A stretch of DNA of 61,355 bases, the filler included. It is 5 parts of 5 records of this genome, joined end to end, with 100 filler letters (N's around TTAATTAATTAA, not from the genome) between each part and the next. Parts side by side here need not be neighbours in the genome. Positions count along the whole stretch, not along the records: positions 17,992 to 31,491 come from SRR31156797_3348; 4 more parts are not named here. The stretch is one strand, 5' to 3'. A program made the position numbers and the translations under genes. The notes under the pieces are model-generated. The model made no database searches. It had not been told where the DNA came from and saw nothing but the letters and a program-made list of their open reading frames with translations. Shown here one piece after another: positions 20,312 through 30,214 of the stretch. Numbering within the stretch: the stretch's first letter is position 1; the number at the start of each line of letters is the position of its first letter.

Positions 20312-21763
20312 TTAATTTCTCACATTTACTTTTTTGTTTTTTATTGTATTTATAAATTGCATTATTCTAGAGATTTTTTTCTCCTCGTCTTGTAAGTGAT
20401 CTTTGGCACTTAAAGTAAATTGCTCCATTTTTTTGTCTAAATAACTAGTGTTTAGTTTCCCAAGTTTAAAGTCATCATCTCTTACAATCTCTCTATGAAG
20501 TTCAATATTTGTAGGGAAACCTTCTAATATAAATTCATCTAATGCTCTTCTTGCTTTTTTTACTGCTCCATCCCAATCTAATGCCCAAACAATAAGTTTC
20601 CCAATCATTGAGTCATAATTTGCTGGAACCTTATATCCTGTGTATGCAGCAGAATCAAGTCTAACTCCTGGACCATTTGGAGTTAAATACTTTTCAATTG
20701 TTCCAGCTGATGGCATAAAGTTTTTTTGAGGATTTTCAGCATTGATTCTAAACTCTATTGCATAACCTCTAAAGTTTATCTCCTCTTGCATATATTTCAT
20801 TTTGTCTCCGTCTGCTATCTCTATCATTCTTTGGATAATATCAATACCACTTGTTATTTCTGTAACTGGATGTTCAACTTGAACTCTTGTGTTCATCTCT
20901 ATAAAATAGATATTATCTTCTTCGTCAACAAGAAACTCAACAGTCCCAACACTTTCATAACCTAATTTGAACATAGCTTTTGTAGAGATTCTATAAAGTT
21001 CTTTTCTAACCTCTTGACTTAATCTTGGTGATGGAGATATCTCTATAACTTTTTGGTGTCTTCTTTGAATAGAACAATCCCTTTCTCCTAAGTGGATAAC
21101 ATTTCCATACTTGTCTGCTATTATTTGAACCTCTATGTGTCTTGGATTTTCAACATATTTTTCAATAAATACTTGACCATTTCCAAAGAATTTTAAAGCT
21201 TCGTTTGTAGCACTATCAAACATAGAATCAAACTCTTTTTCTCGTCTTACTATTCTCATACCTCTTCCACCACCACCAAATGCAGCTTTAATGATAACAG
21301 GAAAACCAATCTCTGAAGCTATTTTCTTGGCTTCTTTTTTATCTTCAATTGGTTCATTTGTACCTTCTAGAATTGGAACACCAACCTTTTTCATTGCAAC
21401 TTTTGAAGCCATTTTATCTCCAAATAGTGCAATATGTTCAGGTTTTGGACCAATAAAGATAATCCCTGCTTCCTCACAAGCTTTTGCAAAATCTGCATTC
21501 TCACTTAAAAAGCCATAACCAGGATGAATAGCATCACAGTTTGCTTTTTTTGCAATTGATATAATAGTTTCATAGTTAAGATATGCTTTTATAACATCAC
21601 CCATAATTGGATAACACTCATCAGCTTTTCTAACCCAAAGCCCTTCTACATCAATTTCTGAAAATATTGTAACACTTGTAATATCTAACTCTTTACAAGC
21701 TCTTATTATTCTAAGGGCAATTTCCCCTCTATTTGCTATTAAAACTTTTGAAATTTTGTTCAT
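20312..21763 (-). CDS. Biotin carboxylase (pyruvate carboxylase subunit A / AccC type)
   Basis: 'LIANRGEIA', 'IHPGYGFLSEN', 'GGGGRGMR', 'ERDCSIQRRHQK', 'EMNTRVQVEH'. Confidence 0.92.
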   Translation of the reverse strand: MNKISKVLIANRGEIALRIIRACKELDITSVTIFSEIDVEGLWVRKADECYPIMGDVIKAYLNYETIISIAKKANCDAIHPGYGFLSENADFAKACEEAGIIFIGPKPEHIALFGDKMASKVAMKKVGVPILEGTNEPIEDKKEAKKIASEIGFPVIIKAAFGGGGRGMRIVRREKEFDSMFDSATNEALKFFGNGQVFIEKYVENPRHIEVQIIADKYGNVIHLGERDCSIQRRHQKVIEISPSPRLSQEVRKELYRISTKAMFKLGYESVGTVEFLVDEEDNIYFIEMNTRVQVEHPVTEITSGIDIIQRMIEIADGDKMKYMQEEINFRGYAIEFRINAENPQKNFMPSAGTIEKYLTPNGPGVRLDSAAYTGYKVPANYDSMIGKLIVWALDWDGAVKKARRALDEFILEGFPTNIELHREIVRDDDFKLGKLNTSYLDKKMEQFTLSAKDHLQDEEKKISRIMQFINTIKNKKVNVRN

Positions 21764-21913
21764 AGTAAAAAACCTTTTGTTTTGATTAACACTATTTTAG
21801 GATTTAAAAAAGAAAAATTCTTTATCCTTTGTGCTTCTTTTATAATTTTTTTGTGCTTGATAAATTGTTTATTAGTGCTCAAAATTTAGTTTATATTTGA
21901 TAATATTGATTTT

Positions 21914-22789
21914 ATGAAAAAAGAGACTTTGCAAAAAAGAATAAAAATAGCAAATGATATAATGTACTATATTTACACTCATATCGATACTAATATAGAT
22001 TTGGAAGAGTTAAGTTTTGATTTAAATATTAGTAAATTTCATATGCATAGGATATTTAAAGATGCATTTGGAAAAAATATTTATGACAGCATAAAATCTA
22101 TAAGATTACAAAAAGCAGCAAACCTACTTCTTACAAATAAATATTCAACAATATCAAATATAGCAAACCAATGTGGATATAGTTCCCACTCATCTTTTAT
22201 TAAAGTTTTTGCGAATAGATTTGAGATGTCACCCAAACTTTGGAGAAACGGTGGCTATAAAGAGTATGCCATAAAGATAATGAGACAATCAAAAAAAGCT
22301 ATGAATTCAACTGCAAGTTTCTCAAAACTAAGTCCAACAATAGTAAAAATGCCTGAAATAGAAGCTTATTATATAAGAAATAAAGGTTATAACATAAATA
22401 TAAAAGAGACTTGGCAAAAGCTTCAAACTCTAGTTTTAAATAATGATATAAAACAATATAAACAAATAGCACTTTTACACGATAACCCAGTTATTACACC
22501 TTTAAATGAGTGCCAGTATATTGCATGTATTCAGACAGAAGAAAATAATGAAGTATTATCTCAAAGAGTTCCAAAGTTTAAAATATCAAATGGAGTTTAT
22601 GCAAAGTTTGATTTAAAAGGACATCAAGGGGATATTTTGAAGTTTATAAATTGGGTTTATCATGAATGGTTGGTAAATAGTGAGTATGAAACAACAACAA
22701 AACCATCATACATCATATATCACAAAAACAACTTTTTAAGTGATGATAATGAGTTTGATATGAGTTATTATGTTTCAATTAACTATTAA
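21914..22789 (+). CDS. AraC family regulator with C-terminal GyrI-like domain
   Basis: N-terminal double HTH, C-terminal 'HDNP.ITP..ECQY.AC'. Confidence 0.88.
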   Translation: MKKETLQKRIKIANDIMYYIYTHIDTNIDLEELSFDLNISKFHMHRIFKDAFGKNIYDSIKSIRLQKAANLLLTNKYSTISNIANQCGYSSHSSFIKVFANRFEMSPKLWRNGGYKEYAIKIMRQSKKAMNSTASFSKLSPTIVKMPEIEAYYIRNKGYNINIKETWQKLQTLVLNNDIKQYKQIALLHDNPVITPLNECQYIACIQTEENNEVLSQRVPKFKISNGVYAKFDLKGHQGDILKFINWVYHEWLVNSEYETTTKPSYIIYHKNNFLSDDNEFDMSYYVSINY

Positions 22790-22790
22790 T

Positions 22791-23357
22791 TTATAAGAAA
22801 GCTAAAGACTCTTTATACATTTTCATATATTCATTATCCCTATCACCTTTGTAATTGAATAATTGAATTCCAGCAACTCTCATACTAGGTTTTAAATCTC
22901 CTAATTCTATACTGTTTAAAAACTCTTTTGTTTTTTCTAATTTTTCAACAAAATTTTCAACTCTATGATGATAAAAGCTTTTACTAAAATCTCCATCTTT
23001 TGAAATAATCTCGCCTTTACCTTCAGTGTTTACAGCCGGACAACTTGTATCGATATAAAAATTACTAAAATATGGAGAAATTGGAAACATTCTACATGCT
23101 GGGGGTCTTTTTTCATATATTGAACACATGCTATCTTTAAAATAAGCACAGCTTCCTTCTCCTCTATTGATTACCATTAAAACTCTAAGTTCTTTATTTA
23201 TATATGCAAATTGAATTAAAAACTTTTCATATACATATTCAAAATCCTCTAAAATTAAAGGGGCTAATGATACTTTTGGAAAACTACAACAATCAGTTTT
23301 ACAGTTTTCACATGTTGAAAAGTATTGAGTATCAATCTTTTTTATATCTACAAACAT
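22791..23357 (-). CDS. YkgJ family cysteine-cluster (Zn/Fe chelating) protein
   Basis: 'CENCKTDCC', 'CAYF....CSIYEKRPPACRMFP'. Confidence 0.85.
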   Translation of the reverse strand: MFVDIKKIDTQYFSTCENCKTDCCSFPKVSLAPLILEDFEYVYEKFLIQFAYINKELRVLMVINRGEGSCAYFKDSMCSIYEKRPPACRMFPISPYFSNFYIDTSCPAVNTEGKGEIISKDGDFSKSFYHHRVENFVEKLEKTKEFLNSIELGDLKPSMRVAGIQLFNYKGDRDNEYMKMYKESLAFL

Positions 23358-23478
23358 ATCTCTCTTTCTATTTTTATATATATTATAACTTATTTATCTT
23401 TTGATTGATAGTCAATATCTCTAAAATCATTGCACATTGATATAAATTAATCCTATCTTGTCTTCATCGTCATTTTTA

Positions 23479-24213
23479 TTATAAAGATTGAAGTACTTTA
23501 TTCGCTACACCTGCTTCTTTTTCCCCTAGATTGTTTTCAATAACTTTTATAAACTCATTTAGTTCATCTTTTGTCCAACCTGTATTCATTGAAGCTTTAT
23601 AGTGAAATTTTATTTGACTTTCAGTTCCACTCATTGCAGCAAGTGCAGAAATAGTAGCTAACTCTCTTTGTTTGTGAGTTAATACATCTCTTACAAAAAT
23701 ATCTCCAAATAAGTGACCTAATAAATATTCATCAATAGCTGGTGCAAAAATTTGATAAGCAGCACCTGTATAATCCTCTTTCAAACCTGCTAATTTAGCT
23801 CTGATTTTTTTACCATATTCAATAGAATTATAATCTTTAGGTTTAGGGCTTGCTTCTTTTCCTAAAATATCATTTTTCCCTGCTGTTTTTCTTTCTTCAA
23901 CAATCTTCATAAAAAGGTTTAATGAATTTAAACTTCTTGGAAACCCAGTATATGCGTACAAATGTACAATTACTTCTTTAATTTCATTTATTGTAAGTTT
24001 TGAATCTAAGCCTTTATTAAGAGCTTTAGATAATTTTTTTAAATCTCCATTTGCAGTAAATGCAGAAATTGTAATGATACTTTGTTCTTTTTTATCTAAT
24101 AATTTCAAGTCTAACTCCTTTGCATTTAGTAGATTAAAAAATGTAAAAAAACTATAAATCAATAATAGTAAATACTTTTTTTTTGCAAGTATGATTGCAT
24201 TTTTTTTCACCAT
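23479..24213 (-). CDS. Carboxymuconolactone decarboxylase family protein (two CMD domains)
   Basis: 'EIKEVIVHLYAYTGFPRSLN', 'HLFGDIF.R..L..KQRELATISALAA'. Confidence 0.88.
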   Translation of the reverse strand: MVKKNAIILAKKKYLLLLIYSFFTFFNLLNAKELDLKLLDKKEQSIITISAFTANGDLKKLSKALNKGLDSKLTINEIKEVIVHLYAYTGFPRSLNSLNLFMKIVEERKTAGKNDILGKEASPKPKDYNSIEYGKKIRAKLAGLKEDYTGAAYQIFAPAIDEYLLGHLFGDIFVRDVLTHKQRELATISALAAMSGTESQIKFHYKASMNTGWTKDELNEFIKVIENNLGEKEAGVANKVLQSL

Positions 24214-24223
24214 AATTTAATCC

Positions 24224-24718
24224 TTATTTAGAATTATATTGTTTATCACTAACAGGTTCCAACCATGTTACATTATTACCTTTTTCATCAGCTTCAGTAA
24301 TAACAAAATGTGTCATTGCAATATCTTTAGATGCACCATGCCAATGTTTTACTCCTTTAGGACACCATACAACATCTCCTGGCTTAATAGTTCTTTTTTT
24401 ACCACCCCAAGTTTGTGTGTATCCCACTCCTGAAGTTACAATAATATGTTGTCCTCTTGGGTGAGTGTGCCAATTTGATCTAGCTCCTGGCTCAAATGTT
24501 ACATATGCACCTGAATGCATTTTTGTATCATTTTTTGGGTAAACAGGGTCTATTCTTACTTCACCACCTGAAAAGTATTTTTTAAAATCAGTTTTATTTA
24601 CTACAATAGAGTCTCTATCTTCTAGTTTTGTAATTTTTTGTTCTTGTATTACTTCCTTTGCTTGAAGTTGTATTGTAACTAATACACTTGCTAAACTAAT
24701 AAAACTTATAATTTTCAT
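24224..24718 (-). CDS. Cupin domain protein with signal peptide
   Basis: 'VTFEPGARSNWHTHPRGQ', 'GDVVWCPKGVKHWHGA'. Confidence 0.9.
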   Translation of the reverse strand: MKIISFISLASVLVTIQLQAKEVIQEQKITKLEDRDSIVVNKTDFKKYFSGGEVRIDPVYPKNDTKMHSGAYVTFEPGARSNWHTHPRGQHIIVTSGVGYTQTWGGKKRTIKPGDVVWCPKGVKHWHGASKDIAMTHFVITEADEKGNNVTWLEPVSDKQYNSK

Positions 24719-24745
24719 ATTTAATCCTTTCTTTTACCTATAATC

Positions 24746-24801
24746 AGTATATATAAATAATATTACATACAATAGAACAATATTATATTTTACTTGCCTA
24801 A
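24746..24801 (-). promoter_or_regulatory. -10 box (TATACT) plus putative AraC activator box for the cupin-CMD operon
   Basis: Plus-strand AGTATA at 24746 and AATAGAACAATATTAtattttacTTGCCTAA at 24771. The same arrangement recurs at 27983/28008. Confidence 0.6.
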
Positions 24802-24922
24802 TACTCTAAATAGTAAAAGTAAGACTTATGGAGTATTGTGCAATCACCATAGAGAATTTTTATACCCAAATCTAAAAACTTACTATATAATAAATTGATG
24901 ATTTGTTAAAAGTGAGGTTATA

Positions 24923-25840
24923 ATGAAAAATAATATTGAGAAATTTAGAATAAGCTCTTTAGAATTTTTAAAAGAAAAATATACTTTAAATTTAAATGGT
25001 GGTTTGCAAACACAAATACCAAATTTAGACTTTTATTTTGCAATTGAACCAACAGAATTTAATGCCATAATCTATGAACCTTCATTATGTATTATATTAC
25101 AAGGAAGTAAGGCTGTAGGTTTTGGAGATGAGATGTATAGTTATGGACCTAAAGAGTATCTTTTATCTTCTACTCATGTACCTGCAAAAGTTAGAATTCT
25201 TGAAGCCAGCGAAGAAAAACCTTATGTTTCATTAAGAATAAAATTTGATTTAGAAGATATTTATGATGTTATTAAAAATATAGATTCAAAAAAACTTGCT
25301 ATGAGTATAAAATCAGAAAAAGGACTTTTCTTTGATGAAATGAATGATAAATTATCAAATCCTATACATAGATTGATAAAACTATTAAATGAAACAGATG
25401 AAGAGATAAGCTATTTAACTCCTTTTATAATAAAAGAGATTTTATTTATTTTGATAAATGATAAAAGTGGGTATTTTTTAAATAAATTTGCTATGGAAGG
25501 AACGGTTTCAAATAAAATAGTAAAAGCAATTTCAGTGATAAAAGATAATTTCAATGAAAAATTAAATGTGAAAGATTTAGCAAGATCAATTGATATGAGC
25601 GAATCATCTTTATATCAAAACTTTAAAACTATCACTTCTATGTCTCCTATACAATTCCAAAAAAAAATTAGACTAGAAGAAGCAAAATTAATGCTAATCA
25701 ATCAAAATATTGATGCTTCAGATGTGGCTTTTGCCGTTGGTTATGAAAGTCCCTCTCAATTTAGTAGAGAATATTCACGAATGTTTGGGATGTCGCCAAA
25801 AGCTCACGCTGAACATTTAAAACAAGATATAATTGCTTAG
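24923..25840 (+). CDS. AraC family regulator, YqhC-like (AraC_N domain)
   Basis: 'IYEPSLCIILQGSK', 'MSPIQFQKKIRLEEA', 'VGYESPSQFSREYSRMFG'. Confidence 0.92.
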   Translation: MKNNIEKFRISSLEFLKEKYTLNLNGGLQTQIPNLDFYFAIEPTEFNAIIYEPSLCIILQGSKAVGFGDEMYSYGPKEYLLSSTHVPAKVRILEASEEKPYVSLRIKFDLEDIYDVIKNIDSKKLAMSIKSEKGLFFDEMNDKLSNPIHRLIKLLNETDEEISYLTPFIIKEILFILINDKSGYFLNKFAMEGTVSNKIVKAISVIKDNFNEKLNVKDLARSIDMSESSLYQNFKTITSMSPIQFQKKIRLEEAKLMLINQNIDASDVAFAVGYESPSQFSREYSRMFGMSPKAHAEHLKQDIIA

Positions 25841-27003
25841 TTTATAATGGTCTTTATTGTGCTTTCAAGTCTTTGAAGACCATCAATTAGATTATCTTTT
25901 GGACAAGCAATATTTATTCTTATAAAATCTTTTGCGTTTTCTCCAAAAATTGAACCTGCAACAATTCTAAGTTTACCTATTTCTTTTATCTTTTTAACTA
26001 ATACTTCAGAATCAATATTTAGTTTGCTACAATCTAACCATAAAAGATAAGTTGCTTCAGGTTTTATTACATTAATATTAGGGATGTTTTTACTAATATA
26101 ATCAAGTGCGAAATCTCTGTTTTTTTCAAGATAAATTAACAATTCATCAAGCCAATCTTCTGCTTGAAAGTATGCACTGATTAAAGCTTCTATTCCGAAT
26201 ACATTTGGTTCAATTGATTCATTTATATTTAAAGAACGATTTATCATTTGTTTATATTTTGAGTTTGCAACTATTATATTTGATGTTTTTAGCCCTGCAA
26301 GATTAAAAGTTTTACTTGGTGCAGTACAAGTTATAGAGTTTTGTAAAACCTCTTCACTAATAGAAGCAATTGGAGTATATTTTGAGTCACTGTACACTAA
26401 ATCTCTATGAATTTCATCACTTACAATTATTACATTATGTTTTAGGCAAAGGTTTGCCATCTTTGTTAATTCTTCTTTACTCCAAACTCTTCCTACTGGA
26501 TTATGAGGATTACATAAAATAAAAACTTTTAGTTTTTCATCTTTAACTTTCTCTTCAAAATCTTCAAAATCAATTGTATATTTTCCATTTTTATATATTA
26601 AATTATTTCTTACTATTTCACATTTATTATTTGCAATTGAACTATTAAAGTAGTTGTAAACAGGAGGTTGGATTAATACTTTATCCCCTTTTTCACAAAA
26701 AGCTTGAACAGCAGCACTTAATGATGGAATAACTCCAACAGTTGGTTCAATCCACTCTTGTTCAATTTTGAAATTGTGTCTTTTTAGCCACCAGTTAATC
26801 TCTGCGTTATAATAGTTTTTAGGAATCATTGTGTAGCCAAAAACTCCGTGTAAAGCTCTAATCAAAATACTATCAATTATCTCAGTTGCGACTTTAAAGT
26901 CCATATCCGCAACCCACATAGGTAACACGCCATTTTCTGTTGTGTCCCATTTAGAGCTATTTGTGTTGTTTCTATTTATAATTTGATTAAAATTATATCT
27001 CAT
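25837..27003 (-). CDS. MalY/PatB family PLP-dependent cystathionine beta-lyase
   Basis: 'LPMWVADMDF', 'LCNPHNPVGRVW', 'SDEIH', 'APSKTFNLAGL'. Confidence 0.92.
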   Translation of the reverse strand: MRYNFNQIINRNNTNSSKWDTTENGVLPMWVADMDFKVATEIIDSILIRALHGVFGYTMIPKNYYNAEINWWLKRHNFKIEQEWIEPTVGVIPSLSAAVQAFCEKGDKVLIQPPVYNYFNSSIANNKCEIVRNNLIYKNGKYTIDFEDFEEKVKDEKLKVFILCNPHNPVGRVWSKEELTKMANLCLKHNVIIVSDEIHRDLVYSDSKYTPIASISEEVLQNSITCTAPSKTFNLAGLKTSNIIVANSKYKQMINRSLNINESIEPNVFGIEALISAYFQAEDWLDELLIYLEKNRDFALDYISKNIPNINVIKPEATYLLWLDCSKLNIDSEVLVKKIKEIGKLRIVAGSIFGENAKDFIRINIACPKDNLIDGLQRLESTIKTIIN

Positions 27004-27024
27004 TAATCTTACCCTTGGAATATT

Positions 27025-27891
27025 TTATTTTATTGTTTTAATCTCTAAATTACTTAAATCAGTTTTTTCATCATTTAAAATAAGTTCTTTTATCTCTCTT
27101 GACTCAATATATCCACTTATAGGATTCTTAACGCTATCAATTGTAGTAGTTAATTGTGCATTTAATGTAGTATATTCAAAAGCTAAATCTGTATTTATCA
27201 TTTCACAGTTTTCTAAAACTAAATCTTTTGTATAACATAAAGGTTGAGTTCCCATGATTTTACAATTTACGAATTTTAAGTTTTTAGAATACCAACCCAA
27301 ATACTCTCCATCAATTATAGAATCATATACTGTAACATTTTCACTATTCCAAAAAGCATCTTTTGATTTAATTTTGATATTTCTAAGTGTCATATCTTTT
27401 GTATGTTGAAAAGAATAGTTTCCATCTAAATTGAAACCATCTACATCAATATTGCTACTATGTAAAAGTAAATAATCACCTTCAAAATCACAGTTTTCAA
27501 TTTTGATATTTTCACAATCCCATAATGTTTCGTTTGTTTTTAGTTGTGTGTTTTTTATCTCTATATTTTGTGCATCTCTAAAAATCTTAGGTGCATCAAC
27601 TTTTGAGTTTTCTAATAAAATGTTTTTTGAGTACCAAATACTTGCTCTTCCTCCATTTGAAAAATAACTATTATTAATAATCAAGTTTTCACAATGCCAA
27701 AAAAGATATTTACTGGAAAATTCTGATTTAGAACTTTTTATATTCTTACTCTCTTTTAGAGCAGATTCACCATTCGTAAATTTGCAGTTTTTTATTTCAA
27801 TAAAAGATGATTTAAATAAGGGTCTTTCCCCCTCAAAAGTTTTGTTCTCAATAATATTTTTAATATCTTTGTCAATCGTACAATTCTTCAT
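27025..27891 (-). CDS. DUF3737 family beta-helix protein
   Basis: 'FEGERPLF', 'GESALKE', 'SKDAFW', 'GEYLGW.S', 'GTQPLCY'. Start moved to ATG 27891, which follows GGAGAG. Confidence 0.85.
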   Translation of the reverse strand: MKNCTIDKDIKNIIENKTFEGERPLFKSSFIEIKNCKFTNGESALKESKNIKSSKSEFSSKYLFWHCENLIINNSYFSNGGRASIWYSKNILLENSKVDAPKIFRDAQNIEIKNTQLKTNETLWDCENIKIENCDFEGDYLLLHSSNIDVDGFNLDGNYSFQHTKDMTLRNIKIKSKDAFWNSENVTVYDSIIDGEYLGWYSKNLKFVNCKIMGTQPLCYTKDLVLENCEMINTDLAFEYTTLNAQLTTTIDSVKNPISGYIESREIKELILNDEKTDLSNLEIKTIK

Positions 27892-27982
27892 TTTTATGTT
27901 CTCTCCATCTTTTAAATTTATTCTCAACTAAGTAGTATAATATTGTAGTAAGTGCTTTTATATAGTATTTAAAGTTATTATT

Positions 27983-28038
27983 AGTATATAAAAAAATCTA
28001 AAAATGGAATAGAACAATATTACAATTCAATTGCCTAA
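27983..28038 (-). promoter_or_regulatory. -10 box (TATACT) plus putative AraC activator box for the DUF3737-MalY operon
   Basis: AGTATA at 27983 and AATAGAACAATATTAcaattcaaTTGCCTAA at 28008, the same 25-bp offset as the copy at 24746/24771. Confidence 0.6.
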
Positions 28039-28083
28039 AAGTATAAAGTAAAAAATTTATTTATTTTATACTTTATAAAAAAT

Positions 28084-28410
28084 CTAGAATTTTTGTATTT
28101 CAGTAATATATGTAACTGCTACATCTTTAGCAAAATTAGGAACATCTTTAAATGCTTCTTGACCTGCAGGTGAAGCAAATGCAGCTTCTGCATCTTCTAT
28201 TGAATCAAACCATAATTCTGAAAATCCATCAATAGGAGAATCTGGATATTTTCTTTTATCAATTGGATTGATTACATATTTTCTAAGCCCTGGAACTTTT
28301 ACTGCAATCTCTGAATGGATTTTTGTCCAATGTTCAACAAACTCTTCAAAAGTTTGATCTTCTCTTTTTGTTATTAAACCTACATGTTTAAATGATTTTT
28401 TTTCTGACAT
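28084..28410 (-). CDS. EthD family dimeric alpha/beta barrel protein
   Basis: 'FEEFVEHW...H', 'VPGLRKYVIN', 'DGFSELWFDS', 'AAFASPAG'. Start at ATG 28410. Confidence 0.85.
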   Translation of the reverse strand: MSEKKSFKHVGLITKREDQTFEEFVEHWTKIHSEIAVKVPGLRKYVINPIDKRKYPDSPIDGFSELWFDSIEDAEAAFASPAGQEAFKDVPNFAKDVAVTYITEIQKF

Positions 28411-28429
28411 ATTTTTCCTTTTTTTTAAT

Positions 28430-29425
28430 TTATTTTGACCATATATTAGCAATAAGTTCGTAAGATTCTATTCTTTTTTCAGGGTCATGAATCCATGAAT
28501 TTATCATAATCTCATTTGCACCAGTTCTTTGAACTAAATTATCAAGTTTCTCTTTTACAAAAGTTGGTGTTCCCCAAATAGATTCTCTTAATTTATGTTT
28601 TATACTTTGTTTTTCCCAATCTTCCCATAAACTATCCATATCATTTGTTGGTTTTGACATTAATCTTTCATCACCTCTATGTAGATATAAAAATTTTTGT
28701 AACTCTGTTGTTGCCAAATACTCTGCTTCCTCTTGTGTATTAGCACATACAGCATTTATACAAATAATTATATATGGTTCACTTAAATATTTAGATGGTT
28801 TGAAGTTTGTTTTGTATTCTCTTATTGCAGCTTCCATTGCATCTGGAGCAAAGTGTGAAGCAAAAGCAAAAGGTAAACCTTTTTGTGCAGCAAGACTTGC
28901 ACTATAAGTACTTGAACCCAATAACCAAATTGGAATATCAAGTCCATACCCAGGTATAGCTTTTATAGCTTTAGGGCCACCTTCTTTTGATAAATAGTAT
29001 TGTAAATGGTTTAGCATAAGAGGAAAATCTGAACCATCATTTTTATCTCTTCTTAAAGCCATAGCAGTTCTATGGTCAGAACCAGGAGCTCTTCCTAAAC
29101 CTAAATCTATTCTATTCGGATATAAAGATTCTAAAGTTCCAAATTGCTCTGCAATAACCAAAGGAGGGTGATTTGGTAGCATTATTCCACCTGAACCAAT
29201 TCGGATTTTTTTAGTGTTTGCTCCAACATGGCTTAATAGTACGGATGTTGCAGCACTTGCTATGTCCATAATATTGTGGTGTTCTGCAATCCAATATCTT
29301 GAATAACCAAACTTTTCAACTGCTTGTGCAAGTTTTGTACTGTTTTTCATTGCTTCACCAATAGAAAAACCCTCTCCAATTGGAACAAGGTCTAAAACTG
29401 ATAATGGTACATTTTTTGTAGTCAT
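28430..29425 (-). CDS. LLM-class flavin-dependent oxidoreductase (luciferase-like)
   Basis: 'LSVLDLVP', 'RYWIAEHHN', 'GSGGIMLPNH', 'IDLGLGRAPG'. Confidence 0.93.
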   Translation of the reverse strand: MTTKNVPLSVLDLVPIGEGFSIGEAMKNSTKLAQAVEKFGYSRYWIAEHHNIMDIASAATSVLLSHVGANTKKIRIGSGGIMLPNHPPLVIAEQFGTLESLYPNRIDLGLGRAPGSDHRTAMALRRDKNDGSDFPLMLNHLQYYLSKEGGPKAIKAIPGYGLDIPIWLLGSSTYSASLAAQKGLPFAFASHFAPDAMEAAIREYKTNFKPSKYLSEPYIIICINAVCANTQEEAEYLATTELQKFLYLHRGDERLMSKPTNDMDSLWEDWEKQSIKHKLRESIWGTPTFVKEKLDNLVQRTGANEIMINSWIHDPEKRIESYELIANIWSK

Positions 29426-29662
29426 TATAAACTCCTTTTTGCTGATTTATGATTTGGAATTCTAGCAATTCTTTCTTAAAATATTCTTACTTTACTTTAG
29501 GTAAGTAATGGAACTATATCTTTATAATTGAAATTATAATTTTAAAAAAATAAAAATGATTTTTTGTTTATTTTGTAGAAACATATTAATTTTAATAGAT
29601 AGAAAATTTATATGGTTTTAAGTATGGGATTAAGTGAATTATAAAAGCAGTTTTACAGTTAA

Positions 29663-30103
29663 TTATTTGTCATCAACAGTAATTTGCATTTTTTGAAGAA
29701 GGTTTAAAAGTGTTTGGGCATCTTTTTTATCTAAATTTTTAACTAGTTCAGTATTTACTTCCCTTGCACAAGCAATTACTTCTTTTGTAAGAGATATTCC
29801 ACTTTCTGTAAGGATTAGATTTTTTTTTCTTTTATCATCTTTTGATTGAACTCTTTTTATGTAAGCTTTTGCTTCTAGTCTATCAACAACTCTTGTAATA
29901 CTTGTTTCATCTCCGTATGTATATTTCAGTAATTCTTTTTGAGTAGATATGTTGTTTTTATATAAATTTATCAAAATACTAAATTGTAGATGTGTTAAGT
30001 TATATGGTTTTAGTTTTGCTTCCATTGACTTTTTGATGTTAATAAATATTATATTGAAATGGTAACCTAAAGAGTCTTGTAAATTAAATTCATTTTTATT
30101 CAT
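29663..30103 (-). CDS. MarR family transcriptional regulator
   Basis: 'LTHLQFSIL', 'ITRVVDRLE', 'DDKRKK.L.LT..G'. Confidence 0.92.
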   Translation of the reverse strand: MNKNEFNLQDSLGYHFNIIFINIKKSMEAKLKPYNLTHLQFSILINLYKNNISTQKELLKYTYGDETSITRVVDRLEAKAYIKRVQSKDDKRKKNLILTESGISLTKEVIACAREVNTELVKNLDKKDAQTLLNLLQKMQITVDDK

Positions 30104-30128
30104 AAAAGAATTATATCTAAAAAAATAT

Positions 30129-30193
30129 AATACTTGTCTTTAACAAGTATTTAAGTTTCAAATAAATATACTTGCATTTGACAAGTATATTTA
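30129..30193. promoter_or_regulatory. Two palindromic MarR-type operators (ATACTTG-N7-CAAGTAT)
   Basis: AATACTTGtctttaaCAAGTATT (30129-30151) and TAAATATACTTGcatttgaCAAGTATATTTA (30163-30193), between the divergent marR and oxidoreductase genes. Confidence 0.75.
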
Positions 30194-30214
30194 TAGGTTT
30201 ATTAAAGGATATAA

